Positions 25,986 through 37,348 of a stretch of 55,233 nucleotides of DNA are shown piece by piece (position 1 is the stretch's first letter; each line of letters opens with the position of its first letter). The translations under genes and the position numbers were made by a program. Origin of the DNA: a virus (taxonomy: Duplodnaviria > Heunggongvirae > Uroviricota > Caudoviricetes); the IMG/VR virus record IMGVR_UViG_2537561945_000003. One strand, given 5' to 3'. The notes under the pieces were generated by a model. It worked only from the letters and a program-made list of their open reading frames with translations, made no database searches and had not been told where the DNA came from.

Positions 25986-26505
25986 TCAGCAACCCCGGTA
26001 TCAGTTCATCCAGCGCGGCTGCTTTGTTCATGGCTTTGATGATATCCCGTTTCAGGAAATCAACATGTCGGTTTTCCAGTTCCGGAAAACGCCGCTGCAC
26101 CGACAGGGGGATCCCGTCGAGAATACTGGCAATTTCACCTGCGATCCGCGACAGCACGAAAGTACAGAATGCGGTTTCCACCACTTCAGCGGAGTCTCTG
26201 GCATTTTTCAGCTCCTGTGCGTCGGCCTGCGCACGCGTAAGTCGATGGCGTTCGTACTCAATAGTCCCTGGCTGGAGATCTGTCTCGCTGGCCTGCCGCA
26301 GTTCTTCAACTTCCCGGCGCAGCTTTTCGTTCTCAATTTCAGCATCCCTTTCGGCATACCATCTTATAACGGCGGCAGAGTCATAAAGCACCTCATTACC
26401 CTTGCCACCGCCTCGCAGAACGGGCATTCCCTGTTCCTGCCAGTTCTGAATGGTACGGATACTCGCACCGAAAATGTCAGCCAGCTGCTTTTTGTTGACT
26501 TCCAT
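25960..26505 (-). CDS. nu1: terminase small subunit Nu1
   Basis: 181 aa MEVNKKQLADIFGASIRTIQNWQEQGMP, winged-HTH N-terminus; overlaps A start. Confidence 0.95.
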
Positions 26506-26682
26506 TGTTCATTCCACGGCCAAAAACAGAGAAAGGAAACGACAGAGGCCCAAAAGCTCGTTTTCAGCACCTGTCGTTTCCTTTCTTTTCAGGGGGTATT
26601 TTAAATAAAAACATTAAGTTACGACGAAGAAGAACGGAAATGCCTTAAACCGGAAAATTTTCATAAATAGCGAAAACCCGCG

Positions 26683-26694
26683 AGGTCGCCGCCC
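26683..26694 (-). other. cosN cohesive-end site (minus-strand GGGCGGCGACCT); cosB lies between it and nu1
   Basis: forward AGGTCGCCGCCC followed by CGTAAC; minus strand reads GTTACG|GGGCGGCGACCTCGCGGGTTTTCGCTATTTATGAAAATTTTCCGG, matching remembered lambda right-end/left-end junction. Confidence 0.85.
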
Positions 26695-26893
26695 CGTAAC
26701 CTGTCGGATCGCCGGAAAGGACCCGCAAAATGATAATAATTATCATCTGCATGTCACAACGTGCATCTACGCCATCAAACCACGTCAAATAATCAATTAT
26801 GACGCAGGTATCATATTAATTGATCTGCATCAACTTAACGTAAAAACAACTTCAGACAATACAAATCAGCGACACTGAATACGGGGCAACCTC

Positions 26894-27127
26894 ATGTCAA
26901 CGAAGAACAGAACCCGCAGAACAACAACCCGCAACATCCGCTTTCCTAACCAAATGATTGAACAAATTAACATCGCTCTTGAGCAAAAAGGGTCCGGGAA
27001 TTTCTCAGCCTGGGTCATTGAAGCCTGCCGCCGGAGACTGTGCTCAGAAAAAAGAGTTTCTTCTGAAGCAAACAAAGAAAAGAGTGACATTACTGAATTG
27101 CTCAGAAAACAGGTCAGACCAGATTGA
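26894..27127 (+). CDS. small ribbon-helix-helix-like protein (YlcI/DUF3950-like)
   Basis: 77-aa ORF MSTKNRTRRTTTRNIRFPNQMIEQINIAL...; family assignment from memory. Confidence 0.55.
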   Translation: MSTKNRTRRTTTRNIRFPNQMIEQINIALEQKGSGNFSAWVIEACRRRLCSEKRVSSEANKEKSDITELLRKQVRPD

Positions 27128-27184
27128 AGCAATTTAGATAATCGTGCAGACTACGCCCCCTCATATCACATGGAAGGTTTATCT

Positions 27185-27595
27185 ATGGATCAGGTAGTCA
27201 TTTTTAAACAAATATTTGATAAAGTTCGAAACGATTTAAACTATCAATGGTTTTATTCTGAGCTAAAACGTCACAATGTCTCACATTACATTTACTATTT
27301 AGCCACAGAGAATGTTCATATTGTATTAAAAAATGATAATACAGTGTTATTAAAGGGCCTAAAAAACATTGTGTCTGTCAAATTTTCAAAGGATAGGCAT
27401 CTTATAGAAACGACCTCTAATAAGCTGAAATCCAGAGAGATCACATTTCAGGAATACAGAAGAAACCTTGCTAAAGCAGGAGTTTTTCGGTGGGTTACAA
27501 ATATCCACGAACAAAAAAGATATTACTATACCTTTGATAATTCATTACTATTTACTGAAAGCATCCAGAAAACTACACAGATCTTACCACGCTAA
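27185..27595 (+). CDS. ydfO: DUF1398 family prophage protein YdfO
   Basis: ORF 27170..27595; second ATG at 27185 ([24 protein letters not shown]) has a GGAAGG SD. Confidence 0.75.
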
Positions 27596-27746
27596 ACCAT
27601 AACGTCCGGCTTCTCTCACTCCTGAGCCGGACTGCATTGGTTTAATAAAAACCATCAACAATTGTGATTTAGATATTCGGAACCATTCAAATATAACAAA
27701 ACCCCGTAAAAACGAGGTTTATGGATAAATTTTATTATTGAATACA

Positions 27747-27920
27747 TCAGATTAAATTAATCTTGACATCATAGCTTTCAAGACCCGTCATTTTTTCCCG
27801 TGCGGTAAACTGAATACTGGTAACTTCTTTCCCGGTCTTTTTCTTAAGTTCAATAATTTTTTTTGTTATATATTCAGAAATATCTGCTTCTGCTTTTGTT
27901 TTTAAGTTTTCAATATTCAT
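27747..27920 (-). CDS. gnsB: GnsB (suppressor of secG/fabA phenotypes, GnsA/GnsB family)
   Basis: 57-aa ORF found by hand (below the 60-aa track cutoff): MNIENLKTKAEADISEYITKKIIELKKKTGKEVTSIQFTAREKMTGLESYDVKINLI. Confidence 0.8.
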   Translation of the reverse strand: MNIENLKTKAEADISEYITKKIIELKKKTGKEVTSIQFTAREKMTGLESYDVKINLI

Positions 27921-28091
27921 CATTTCCTCTTTTAGTCTGTTATGACTTTCCAGTTACACAGTAAGTCGATTATATGGTGCAAACGTGTAAAAGATAAGAT
28001 GAAACATCGCAATAATCAACATACGATAGTCTAAATTTTACACAAACAGACAAAGAGAATTTTCCTGAATTATCAATGCAATAGCATCAAA

Positions 28092-28364
28092 TCAACTCAA
28101 GAGCCTTATTGCTGCTTCCAGAATTTCTTCTGAAGTAACATGTCGATCCGCGGCTACATAAATGACTTTATGATCTCCGGTCAGAGATGGAAACCCTGCG
28201 GCCATTACAGTAAGGTGTGTTTTTTCGCCATTTGGATATTCACGCATGATGGTGTTAACTCCAGTCATCGCTGGCACTACCACTGCTGGTTCAGAGTTAA
28301 AAAAAACTATGATTTTTTTCATGATGTTACCGTAGTATGTGAGTATCCATCGAATAGACACCAA
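28092..28364 (-). CDS. hypothetical small protein
   Basis: 90-aa ORF (or 76 aa from MKKIIVFF at 28322); non-repetitive composition; no family recognised. Confidence 0.35.
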   Translation of the reverse strand: MVSIRWILTYYGNIMKKIIVFFNSEPAVVVPAMTGVNTIMREYPNGEKTHLTVMAAGFPSLTGDHKVIYVAADRHVTSEEILEAAIRLLS

Positions 28365-28593
28365 GCAAAAAAGCTCCCGAAGGAGCCTTCATTTTCACTT
28401 TTTTAAATCCAACGACAGACGGCTGGCATTTAAGTATTGTGAAATATTATCAAATGTAATCATCATTGATTTACAAAAGATACATTTTGCCCCGAAAGGA
28501 TTCATGTCAGAAACATCAAAAGATGATGTTCTATACTGGGAACCATGACAACACGGGCATCTAAAGTGAATATGGTTTGTAATATTGTCTACC

Positions 28594-28806
28594 TCAAAGC
28601 GCCACTACATGAACAGCGGCAGGACCTTTAGGTCCGTTCTCAATACCAAATTCAACTTCCTGATTCTCAGTTAATGTTTTGAAATCGTTGCTCTGAATTG
28701 CTGAGAAATGGACAAACACATCTTTGCTGCCATCTTTCGGCGTGATGAAACCAAAACCTTTTTCAGGGTTAAACCATTTCACTAAACCAGTCATTTTGTT
28801 AGACAT
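28594..28806 (-). CDS. cspI: cold-shock protein CspI (CspA family)
   Basis: 70 aa [23 protein letters not shown]... with RNP1/RNP2 motifs. Confidence 0.9.
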   Translation of the reverse strand: MSNKMTGLVKWFNPEKGFGFITPKDGSKDVFVHFSAIQSNDFKTLTENQEVEFGIENGPKGPAAVHVVAL

Positions 28807-29168
28807 AATTATTACCTTTTGAAGAAATTAGCCCTTGGGCAGAATGGTCCGAAAAAAAATATCAGAGAGAAAAACCAACAAGGAAATCTCAAGAGGTACA
28901 AATAATAAAATTATAACAATGACTGCTTCAGATAAATTTGTAACAAACCAGAACACCATTAACGCATGATTAACCACCCATAGCAAGGATTACTTTTGTA
29001 AAGAAAAACACAGCAATGAAAGAATAGCTTTATTTATTAATAAAACGTGTCATTCTGATTAAGACCTTTTATCTTACCCTTAAGATTTCAGGAATTTTGG
29101 CTCATGGAAGAGTCCTTTTTATTTAAATTTTACATTCCGCGATGTAAATGTTCCGATTTAATATTACC

Positions 29169-30192
<1,024 letters not shown>

Positions 30193-30196
<4 letters not shown>

Positions 30197-30504
30197 AGAT
30201 ATTTATGATGAGGACGCTCGTGCTTATTGGCAGGATTTTCAATCTTAAAGGAGTACTGATGCTGCAGATAAGACTCAACTTTTTCTGACAATTTTTCTGC
30301 TACTTCCAGGAAGACTTGCCGGACGCTCCTTCTGGCTGCTGCCTCATAAAACTCCAGCGCAGCTCCTTCAACACGGTCCATGGCGACATCCAGGTCAAAA
30401 ATTTCACCGTCAAAGCGTTCTTTGTCCTGTAAGGCTACAGTTACCGTAACTTTATTCTCAAAATTACGGACTCCTTTCACAACCAGTTCATAGTCTTGAG
30501 TCAT
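30193..30504 (-). CDS. ydfR: YdfR-like protein (DUF1327) between holin and endolysin
   Basis: 103-aa ORF at the position and size of Qin ydfR. Confidence 0.65.
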
Positions 30505-30508
30505 TGGA

Positions 30509-30724
30509 TTACTCTCCTCTCGCAGCCTTACGCCTGTCTTCTTTAATCTTGAAATAAAGATTTGTCAGATACGTCAGCAGGCCAAAAACCAGGCTACCCA
30601 GCACACCGATTGCAGCCCACTGTGACGGAGTTACTTTATCGAGTAACTGCAATGCCCAGAAACCAGCATTACCCGCCGATGTGCCATAGGCAACACCTGT
30701 TGTTAACTTATCCATTGATTTCAT
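30509..30724 (-). CDS. class II pinholin (S21 / EssQ-like) with dual-start motif
   Basis: start [26 protein letters not shown] at 30724 preceded by GGTGAGG SD; two TM segments; 71 aa. Confidence 0.85.
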   Translation of the reverse strand: MKSMDKLTTGVAYGTSAGNAGFWALQLLDKVTPSQWAAIGVLGSLVFGLLTYLTNLYFKIKEDRRKAARGE

Positions 30725-30943
30725 ATCCTCACCCCGATGTACACGGATGGTGCAATATGTTTGAAAAGATCGGAGTCTACGGGGTAGTTTTGACAGCACA
30801 CGTTGTTCTCAACGGCGCTAAAAAAACATACACATTAAAAATGTGGGTAATTATTTTGAAAGAAAGTCATATATAAAATAATAATACGAGAAATGTTTTC
30901 ATATTTAGTGTACTGTATACGGCCATTTATACAGGAAAAGCCT

Positions 30944-31114
30944 ATGTCAGAACGTAAAAACTCAAAATCACGCCGTAATTATCTCGTTAAATGTTCCTGC
31001 CCAAACTGCACCCAAGAGTCAGAACACAGTTTTTCAAGAGTACAAAAAGGTGCCCTTTTGATCTGCCCTCATTGCAACAAAGTATTCCAGACAAATCTTA
31101 AAGCTGTAGCCTGA
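30944..31114 (+). CDS. small zinc-ribbon protein (CxxC...CxxC), possibly YnfN-like
   Basis: ORF 30893..31114; ATG at 30944 with AGGAAAAG SD; product MSERKNSKSRRNYLVKCSCPNCTQ...CPHCNK. Confidence 0.55.
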   Translation: MSERKNSKSRRNYLVKCSCPNCTQESEHSFSRVQKGALLICPHCNKVFQTNLKAVA

Positions 31115-31173
31115 TTGATTTTATTAGTAACAAGTATTTTTTATATTTTAATAATATATTTAAAGCAGATAAT

Positions 31174-31193
31174 AAAAAACCCGCCTGAGCGGG
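31174..31193 (-). terminator. intrinsic terminator downstream of cspB
   Basis: hairpin CCCGCCTGAGCGGG followed on the minus strand by TTTTTT. Confidence 0.6.
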
Positions 31194-31477
31194 TTTGAGA
31201 TTGTGGTGCTTTTTGTGGGAGTCATCCACTTACGCACTTTGTTTTGCCATGCCAGCAGTTAGCTTCTGCTGTAAAACTATTCATGCAGCAAACCTGCACT
31301 TCACCACAATGGTTAGCATACTTTTCCTGATTAAGATTTTGCCAAATATGCTAGCCATTGTTTCATGTATTGGACCTCCTTACTTTTTATTAAAGAGATC
31401 CAATATTCACTACTCTGTCCGTATCTCTACTCAGGCATCAGCCTTCTTCGTTATCGTATACAGACGAGCGATGAATT

Positions 31478-31693
31478 TTAATCAGTAATGATGACATTTG
31501 CTGCTGCAGGACCTTTAGCACCACTCTCTATAGAGAAGGTAACCTTTTGACCTTCAAATAAGGTTCGATAATTATCATTCTGAATCGCAGAAAAATGCAC
31601 AAACACATCTTTACTACCATCAACAGGAGAAATAAAGCCGAAACCTTTATCAGCGTTAAACCATTTTACTAAACCAGTCATTTTATTTGACAT
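31478..31693 (-). CDS. cspB: cold-shock protein CspB
   Basis: 71 aa [34 protein letters not shown]. Confidence 0.9.
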   Translation of the reverse strand: MSNKMTGLVKWFNADKGFGFISPVDGSKDVFVHFSAIQNDNYRTLFEGQKVTFSIESGAKGPAAANVIITD

Positions 31694-31993
31694 TCTACAT
31701 TCCTTAACTTGAGCCTTTCGGCATAAATGGTTTGCATAACAGAAACGACTTCGTACTTAATTGGAGAGACTCAAAGAAGGAATAAGTGAATAACACCTGA
31801 AATGAGAACTGCTTTAGTAAACTACTTCGTATATCGTCTGTTCTTCAAACCGACGCAATCATTAACGCATAGTTGAACATATGAAGCAATGTTTATTTTA
31901 GACATCCAGCCATCTTCAACCCCATCAAAAAACTATAGCTTTCTTCAGGAACGTGTGTATAGTGCGCCAAGTTATCAGTATTAAGGAATTTTT

Positions 31994-32206
31994 TTGTCCC
32001 GTAAAATGACAGGAATTGTCAAAACCTTTGACGGCAAAAGCGGCAAGGGTCTTATCACCCCATCCGATGGTCGTATCGATGTCCAGCTTCATGTTTCAGC
32101 GCTCAATCTCCGCGATGCAGAAGAAATTACCACCGGATTACGCGTGGAATTTTGCCGGATAAATGGTCTGCGTGGCCCTTCAGCTGCCAATGTTTACCTT
32201 TCATGA
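31994..32206 (+). CDS. cspF: CspF/CspH-type cold-shock-domain protein (lacks canonical aromatic RNP residues)
   Basis: 70 aa [37 protein letters not shown]. Confidence 0.8.
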
Positions 32207-32498
32207 GCTATATTAAAGCTTTAATTTCAGGCCCCATCGGATCACACATGGAGAGTTTTTATGAATAACCCCGTCTGTCTTGATGACTGGTTGATTGGCT
32301 TTAAAAGCTTATGCTGTACTTTGGCCGTAATAGCTCTGCTAATAATATAATAAGCAGACTCATTGTGTTTAGGGACATTGTACTGGAAGAAAACATTTTA
32401 AACATCAGGCAAATAACCAAGTCACCAGCTAAATAATAAGTTAACAGACATGAGTCCCGGGATGAGATTCAACATTACCATTGCCCCATTTAAAGCAC

Positions 32499-32522
32499 AA
32501 AACCCGCTCATCAGCGGGTTTT
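32499..32522. terminator. bidirectional-looking intrinsic terminator (candidate tR-prime downstream of Q; also downstream of cspF)
   Basis: AAAA-CCCGC-TCATCA-GCGGG-TTTT hairpin with T-runs on both strands, about 110 nt downstream of Q. Confidence 0.5.
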
Positions 32523-32627
32523 CTACTTTTTCTTAACGTCGGGTATACAAAGCCCATCGTTGAAAAAATTTTATCCATATTTTTTGAAAAATGCAAACAT
32601 CATGTCGCCATCTTCAGCAAAAATCAT

Positions 32628-33380
32628 TTATCTCGTCACCTTCCTCAATTGCGCTTCCGCGTATGCTTCTTCCTGCCAGCACTTTGTTACCAGTTTACCA
32701 ATGACGTCCGCATACCCCTTATACCACTGATAATCGGTCAGGTCTGGTACCAGCTTCTGGACATGACGTCGTGCCAGCGTGGTCGGTAAACGACTAAACC
32801 GGTTTCCATTACAACGCCCACAAATCTTATATACCGGTACGCCATGAAACCGGGTTCTTTTTTCATCCAGAACAATCCCTTTACCCTTACACCCTCTGCA
32901 CGCTGTGCTGGCTTCGCCCTTACCATGGCAATGCTGACATAGTTCCTTCACCCATTCTTCCTTGATTACAGATTCCCCGCGTCTGTAGTGTTTCACCACT
33001 TCGCGCAATACATTATAAAATCCCGTACCTGAACAATGCTCACAGCGAGCCTTACTTGCCGCAGACCTGGAGTAATCAGCAAAGGCAAAACTCACGAGGT
33101 AAGGAATAATCTGTAACCGGATTTCTTCACTCAATTTGTTCAATGTCGGGTTATCCAGTGCCATCGCGTAATTTAGCAGGCCTTCAATCGCAAACTGAGG
33201 GTCCTGAACACCAACTTTTGCCAGAAATAAGGCCAACCCAAGTGGTGCTTTCGACTGCACCATCCCCTGCGCTGCCATTACATCCGTAATTGTTAAACAA
33301 CCGGTGCCTGTCGCTGGAGCGTCATCGCTCAATTTTGGAGATTTTGGGGAGTAATATTTTGGTAAGGCTTCAAGGTTCAT
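32628..33380 (-). CDS. quuQ: late-gene antiterminator Q (phage 21/82 Q-type, zinc-binding)
   Basis: ORF 32628..33410; start MNLEALPKYY at 33380 gives 250 aa; multiple CxxC motifs. Confidence 0.85.
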   Translation of the reverse strand: MNLEALPKYYSPKSPKLSDDAPATGTGCLTITDVMAAQGMVQSKAPLGLALFLAKVGVQDPQFAIEGLLNYAMALDNPTLNKLSEEIRLQIIPYLVSFAFADYSRSAASKARCEHCSGTGFYNVLREVVKHYRRGESVIKEEWVKELCQHCHGKGEASTACRGCKGKGIVLDEKRTRFHGVPVYKICGRCNGNRFSRLPTTLARRHVQKLVPDLTDYQWYKGYADVIGKLVTKCWQEEAYAEAQLRKVTR

Positions 33381-33393
33381 GCTCGTTCTCCAC

Positions 33394-34482
33394 TTACGCC
33401 AGTACGCCAATTGTCAGCGCGCGATCGATAAAACGAAATATCAGCTCCAGTTGGGAGCCATACTTATCTTCAAATGCCACTGTATCCGTATGCAGCTCGT
33501 TGTGATGCTTTCTGCACAAAGGCAACACAAAGAGATCATGTGCTTTTGTTCCCATTCCGCCCTGCCCGTGACCAATCAGATGATGCGGATCGTCGGCTGG
33601 CATACCGCAGCAAGCACACGGCTGTGTCTTAACCCAACGTGTGTATTTCTCCTTAACCCAGCGGCGACGTTTAGGCAGCTTCATGAAAGATTCCGGAGAC
33701 TCTGGATCAACGGTGATGCTTACCACCGTCTTTTCCTGTGGTGATTTTTGTTGCTGGTGGGCGTAAGGCAACGGTGCAAGATTTTTTGTGCGTTGTTTCA
33801 ATATGCTGGTGGCGGTCTGCTCTCCCGGTACGATGTCGCTTTCGCGGTACACCGAGCAGATTTTTTCCGCTGGTAATCCCAGCGAACGACGCGATACAGC
33901 CTCAGGTAGTGCATCCACCACCTGATTGCAGACCGCCCACCAGGATAATTCAGCCAAAGATAATTCCCGCTCCTGCGTACCGCTTATTGCGTGACGGATG
34001 ACGTCAATCACCCATGCTGTCAGATTTTGTTGAGCAAGCAGCTCCAGTGATTCCGATGTCTGGTCACGCAGTTGGTTGTCGCAGTGCCAGCACAACACCA
34101 TTGCGCCGGTACCATAACGGTGAATGACTGTTTCAGTGTGATGGTAATCGCCATTAGGCCACTGGCAGGATGTAACATGACGTAATAGCCAGTCGGACAA
34201 TGCGCCAACGCCGCCAGCAGCACGAATCACCCGTTCGTTACTAAAAAACGGCAGCAATGTTTTGTCTTCCGCCAGCGGCTGGCGAACGGCAGGAACGACT
34301 CCGGATGGCAGATTACGCATGCTTTTTGGTTCCGGTTCCACCAGCACTCGAGGATTATGAAATATCTGTATGGATTCACGGCCCGGCTTAAGGACCACCA
34401 GCCCAAGCTCAGGCACCAGAACAGGTCTAAGTAATACCCGCACGTTACCTCCAGATCCGTTGCTGGAAAGTGCGGGACGCAC
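33394..34482 (-). CDS. ydfU: DUF968 family protein YdfU (C-terminal HNH-like Cys/His motif)
   Basis: 362-aa ORF; motif CACCGMPADDPHHLIGHGQGG...CRKHHNELH. Confidence 0.75.
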   Translation of the reverse strand: MRPALSSNGSGGNVRVLLRPVLVPELGLVVLKPGRESIQIFHNPRVLVEPEPKSMRNLPSGVVPAVRQPLAEDKTLLPFFSNERVIRAAGGVGALSDWLLRHVTSCQWPNGDYHHTETVIHRYGTGAMVLCWHCDNQLRDQTSESLELLAQQNLTAWVIDVIRHAISGTQERELSLAELSWWAVCNQVVDALPEAVSRRSLGLPAEKICSVYRESDIVPGEQTATSILKQRTKNLAPLPYAHQQQKSPQEKTVVSITVDPESPESFMKLPKRRRWVKEKYTRWVKTQPCACCGMPADDPHHLIGHGQGGMGTKAHDLFVLPLCRKHHNELHTDTVAFEDKYGSQLELIFRFIDRALTIGVLA

Positions 34483-34723
34483 GTGGTGGGCGTTCGGAAT
34501 AAGGCAGCCTGACAGAGATTATCCAGTGCCGATAGTCGAGACTGAGAGCTTTCTTAACCTCGAACCCGCGCCTGCGGTAAGAATGAATCAGCCATTCGGC
34601 CTGTTCTGCAGTGCATGGAGGGTGCTGGAACCATTCAGACTTGAATGCGTGAGAATACCGCCCGTGCGTGCAGGCAAGAACGGGCGAATTATCAGAATTG
34701 TAATATTTTGCGTTGCGTGCCAT
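34445..34723 (-). CDS. hypothetical protein overlapping the ydfU start
   Basis: 92-aa ORF MARNAKYYNSDNSPVLACTHGRY...; may be a real small gene or a displaced N-terminal part of ydfU. Confidence 0.35.
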   Translation of the reverse strand: MARNAKYYNSDNSPVLACTHGRYSHAFKSEWFQHPPCTAEQAEWLIHSYRRRGFEVKKALSLDYRHWIISVRLPYSERPPRASRTFQQRIWR

Positions 34724-34789
34724 CGGTTTTCTCCGGTGGCACGGTGTTACTCAGCGGGAGTTCAGCCCCGCGCAAGATTGTAGATGAGT

Positions 34790-35041
34790 TTATTCTCCTG
34801 AAAAAGCAGAAAAGCCAGCTTTTATTCCGATCTCTTTCAATGCCTGTAATGAAGTGACAAACTCACCTTCGCGCAAGATAAATCCGTCCGTGACCCGAGC
34901 ATCCACAAAATTAATTAACGCAGCCCCATTCTTTCGCAAACACATAATGCGGTAATGACTAACAAGATTTCCATTTTCAACGCACACAGCATAGAGGCCA
35001 TCTTCACAAAAAATTTTACGCAGTTCTTCGATGTTCATCAT
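34790..35041 (-). CDS. rem: Rem-like small protein
   Basis: 83-aa ORF in the Qin rem position between ydfU and hokD; identity inferred from size and context. Confidence 0.55.
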   Translation of the reverse strand: MMNIEELRKIFCEDGLYAVCVENGNLVSHYRIMCLRKNGAALINFVDARVTDGFILREGEFVTSLQALKEIGIKAGFSAFSGE

Positions 35042-35257
35042 CAGAATCCTTCCGGATAATTAGCTCTCCCCTTTAAGGGACCATCCCTCTTATCCCTGCG
35101 CGCTACTTAAGTATTTTTGATTCTATTCCGGCACCGTCCAGAACTTCAAACGCGTTGAAAATAAAAACAAAAACCCGCCGAAGCGGGTTAAGTGCGGGTG
35201 CGTTGAGGATGCCTGCCACATCAGAGGTGGCGAGGGATTTCTCCCCCGCCGGGTCTC

Positions 35258-35413
35258 TTACTCCTCAGGTTCGTAAGCTGTGAAGACAGCGACCTCCGTC
35301 TGGCCGGTTCGGATTCGTACCTCGCAGAGGTCTTTCCTCGTTACCAGTGCCGTCACTATGACGGTTAAACAGATGACGATCAGGGCGATTAACATCGCCT
35401 TTTGCTGCTTCAT
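35258..35413 (-). CDS. hokD: Hok-family type I toxin HokD (RelF)
   Basis: 51-aa ORF found by hand: MKQQKAMLIALIVICLTVIVTALVTRKDLCEVRIRTGQTEVAVFTAYEPEE; terminator-like hairpin CCCGCCGAAGCGGG downstream. Confidence 0.9.
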   Translation of the reverse strand: MKQQKAMLIALIVICLTVIVTALVTRKDLCEVRIRTGQTEVAVFTAYEPEE

Positions 35414-35484
35414 AGCCTGCTTCTCCTGTCAACGCAAAGCAGAAGTGTCACCTTCGGTGCGAAACAGAGATGTCATGCTTTGGT

Positions 35485-35590
35485 TCAGAGAATGCGTTTG
35501 ACCGCCTCGCTATATACTTCCGAGCGTTCTCTTTTCCCAACAGAAATCACGAAAACGACAACTTTCTCGTCTATAACCTGGTATACAAGG
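35485..35590 (-). pseudogene. relE: relE toxin, C-terminal fragment (gene split by IS629)
   Basis: encodes (L)VYQVIDEKVVVFVISVGKRERSEVYSEAVKRIL, the RelE C-terminus, fused in-frame to IS-derived codons. Confidence 0.9.
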
Positions 35591-35632
35591 TGAACCGCCC
35601 CGGGTTTCCTGGAGAGTGTTTTATCTGTGAAC

Positions 35633-36523
35633 TCAGGCTGCCAGATCATTGTTTCCGATGGAAGCATAATAAGCTTTTTCTGCTTCTGCCGGAGGAGTAT
35701 GGCCCAGCCTTCCCAGCAATCGTCGATTGTTATACCAGTCCACCCACGTTAGTGTGGCCAGTTCCACTTCTGCACGGTTTTTCCAGCTCTTACGGTGTAT
35801 TACCTCCGCTTTGTAAAGACCATTGATGCTCTCAGCCATCGCGTTGTCATACGAGTCGCCTGTACTCCCTGTTGATGCCAGTAATCCGGCTTCTTTTAGT
35901 CGCTCCGTATAGGCCAGTGACACATACTGAGAGCCTTTATCGCTGTGATGGATGGTGCCAGACGGACGACGGGCCCACAACGCCTGCTCCAGCGCATCCA
36001 GCACGAATGTCGTTTCCATAGACGATGAGACCCGCCACCCCACGATGTATCCGGCAAACACATCAATGATGAACGCCACATAGACGAAGCCCCGCCATGT
36101 GCTGACGTAAGTAAAATCAGCCACCCACAGCTGGTCAGGTCGTTCTGCCACGAACTGACGGTTTACGCGGTCGCCTGCGGCAACGGCTTTCCGGCTGATG
36201 GTCGTACGGACCTTTTTACCCCGGAGAACACCGGCAAGTCCCATAACCGCCATGAGGCGCGCCACTGTACATCTGGCCACCCTGATTCCTTCCCGTAACA
36301 ACTGACGCCAGACTTTACGCACACCGTACACCTGATGATTTTCATCGTATACGCGCTGTATCTCTCTCTTCAGCCAGTCATCGTGCTGCGCACGGGCACT
36401 GCGTTTATCCGGATGATGTCGCTGTTGCTGACAATGGTAATACGTTGACGGGGCAATATGCAGTTCGCTGCATACCGGTCCGACCCCGTACTGCTCACGC
36501 AGCTTATCCAGCAGTGGCATCAT
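35633..36523 (-). CDS. IS629 transposase OrfB (DDE integrase core)
   Basis: 296-aa ORF with DDE/rve domain, made as OrfAB fusion by -1 frameshift in IS3 family. Confidence 0.9.
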   Translation of the reverse strand: MMPLLDKLREQYGVGPVCSELHIAPSTYYHCQQQRHHPDKRSARAQHDDWLKREIQRVYDENHQVYGVRKVWRQLLREGIRVARCTVARLMAVMGLAGVLRGKKVRTTISRKAVAAGDRVNRQFVAERPDQLWVADFTYVSTWRGFVYVAFIIDVFAGYIVGWRVSSSMETTFVLDALEQALWARRPSGTIHHSDKGSQYVSLAYTERLKEAGLLASTGSTGDSYDNAMAESINGLYKAEVIHRKSWKNRAEVELATLTWVDWYNNRRLLGRLGHTPPAEAEKAYYASIGNNDLAA

Positions 36524-36846
36524 TTTTTCCAGAGGCGGTCGAACTCCGCCTTCGCAAAATAAGCGGAAGCCTGGCGAAGGATATCGTTACTGCGGCGCAG
36601 TTCACGATTTTCACGTTCCAGCTCTTTCAGACGCTGACGTTCAGCGCTGGTGAGCCCACCATCACCGCCCCCGGTATCCCGCTCATGCTGGCGAACCCAG
36701 ACACGCAGAGTCTCCGGCGTACAGCCAATCTTTGGGGCAATGGAACAAATTGCCGCCCACTGTGAGTCATATTCATCCTGACTTTCCAGAACCATACGAA
36801 TCGCCCGCTGACGGACTTCGGGGGAAAAACGAGTATTTTTAGTCAT
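36520..36846 (-). CDS. IS629 transposase OrfA (HTH, leucine zipper)
   Basis: 108 aa [41 protein letters not shown]; ends LWKK with A-run at the frameshift window. Confidence 0.9.
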   Translation of the reverse strand: MTKNTRFSPEVRQRAIRMVLESQDEYDSQWAAICSIAPKIGCTPETLRVWVRQHERDTGGGDGGLTSAERQRLKELERENRELRRSNDILRQASAYFAKAEFDRLWKK

Positions 36847-36900
36847 CCTGTTTACCTCTTTCTCAGGGAGTTTAGTCTCCAGGATTTCCGGGGCGGTTCA

Positions 36901-37085
36901 AGGCGATAGCCTGAAGACCGGAGCTTAATCTTGTAACAATCAGGCATACCACGGAGCTTGTTTGCTTCAATCCGGGGTGACTCAAGTACTTCAACCAGCT
37001 TCTTTTTCAACTGTTCACGTACCGTCGAGCCCAGCTTTCGCCATTCCTTTAGTGCCCGCTCGTCAAAATCCAGAAAATACGCCAT
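36901..37085 (-). pseudogene. relE: relE toxin, N-terminal fragment (gene split by IS629)
   Basis: MAYFLDFDERALKEWRKLGSTVREQLKKKLVEVLESPRIEANKLRGMPDCYKIKLRSSGYRL, then reads into the IS. Confidence 0.9.
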
Positions 37086-37324
37086 CAGAGTTCATCCAGC
37101 GTCACACGTACTGGCTTAGGATTACGAAGCCGTTCTTTCACTATCTCCACAAGTTCAGCATCTTCATCACTCAGGAGTGTCTGTTTGAACGGCAAGCGTT
37201 CATTGTCAGCGATATACTCGAGCATGAGACGAAGCGCTTCAGAAGGAGTTACACCCATTTTTTCAAGCGCGGCGTAAGAACGCGCTTTAAGTTCATCGTC
37301 AATACGCAGGTTAATGCTACCCAT
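37085..37324 (-). CDS. relB: RelB antitoxin (intact)
   Basis: 79 aa MGSINLRIDDELKARSYAALEKMGVTPSEALRLMLEYIADNERLPF... Confidence 0.9.
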   Translation of the reverse strand: MGSINLRIDDELKARSYAALEKMGVTPSEALRLMLEYIADNERLPFKQTLLSDEDAELVEIVKERLRNPKPVRVTLDEL

Positions 37325-37348
37325 GTCTTACACCTCTTGTAATTACAA

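Larger units (their letters stand above)
35591..36900 (-). mobile_element. IS629-like IS3-family insertion sequence (about 1310 bp), inserted in relE
   Basis: terminal inverted repeats TGAACCGCCCCGGG... at 35591 and ...CCGGGGCGGTTCA ending 36900; flanking 3-4 bp duplication AGG/AAGG; orfA/orfB transposase pair. Confidence 0.9.
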
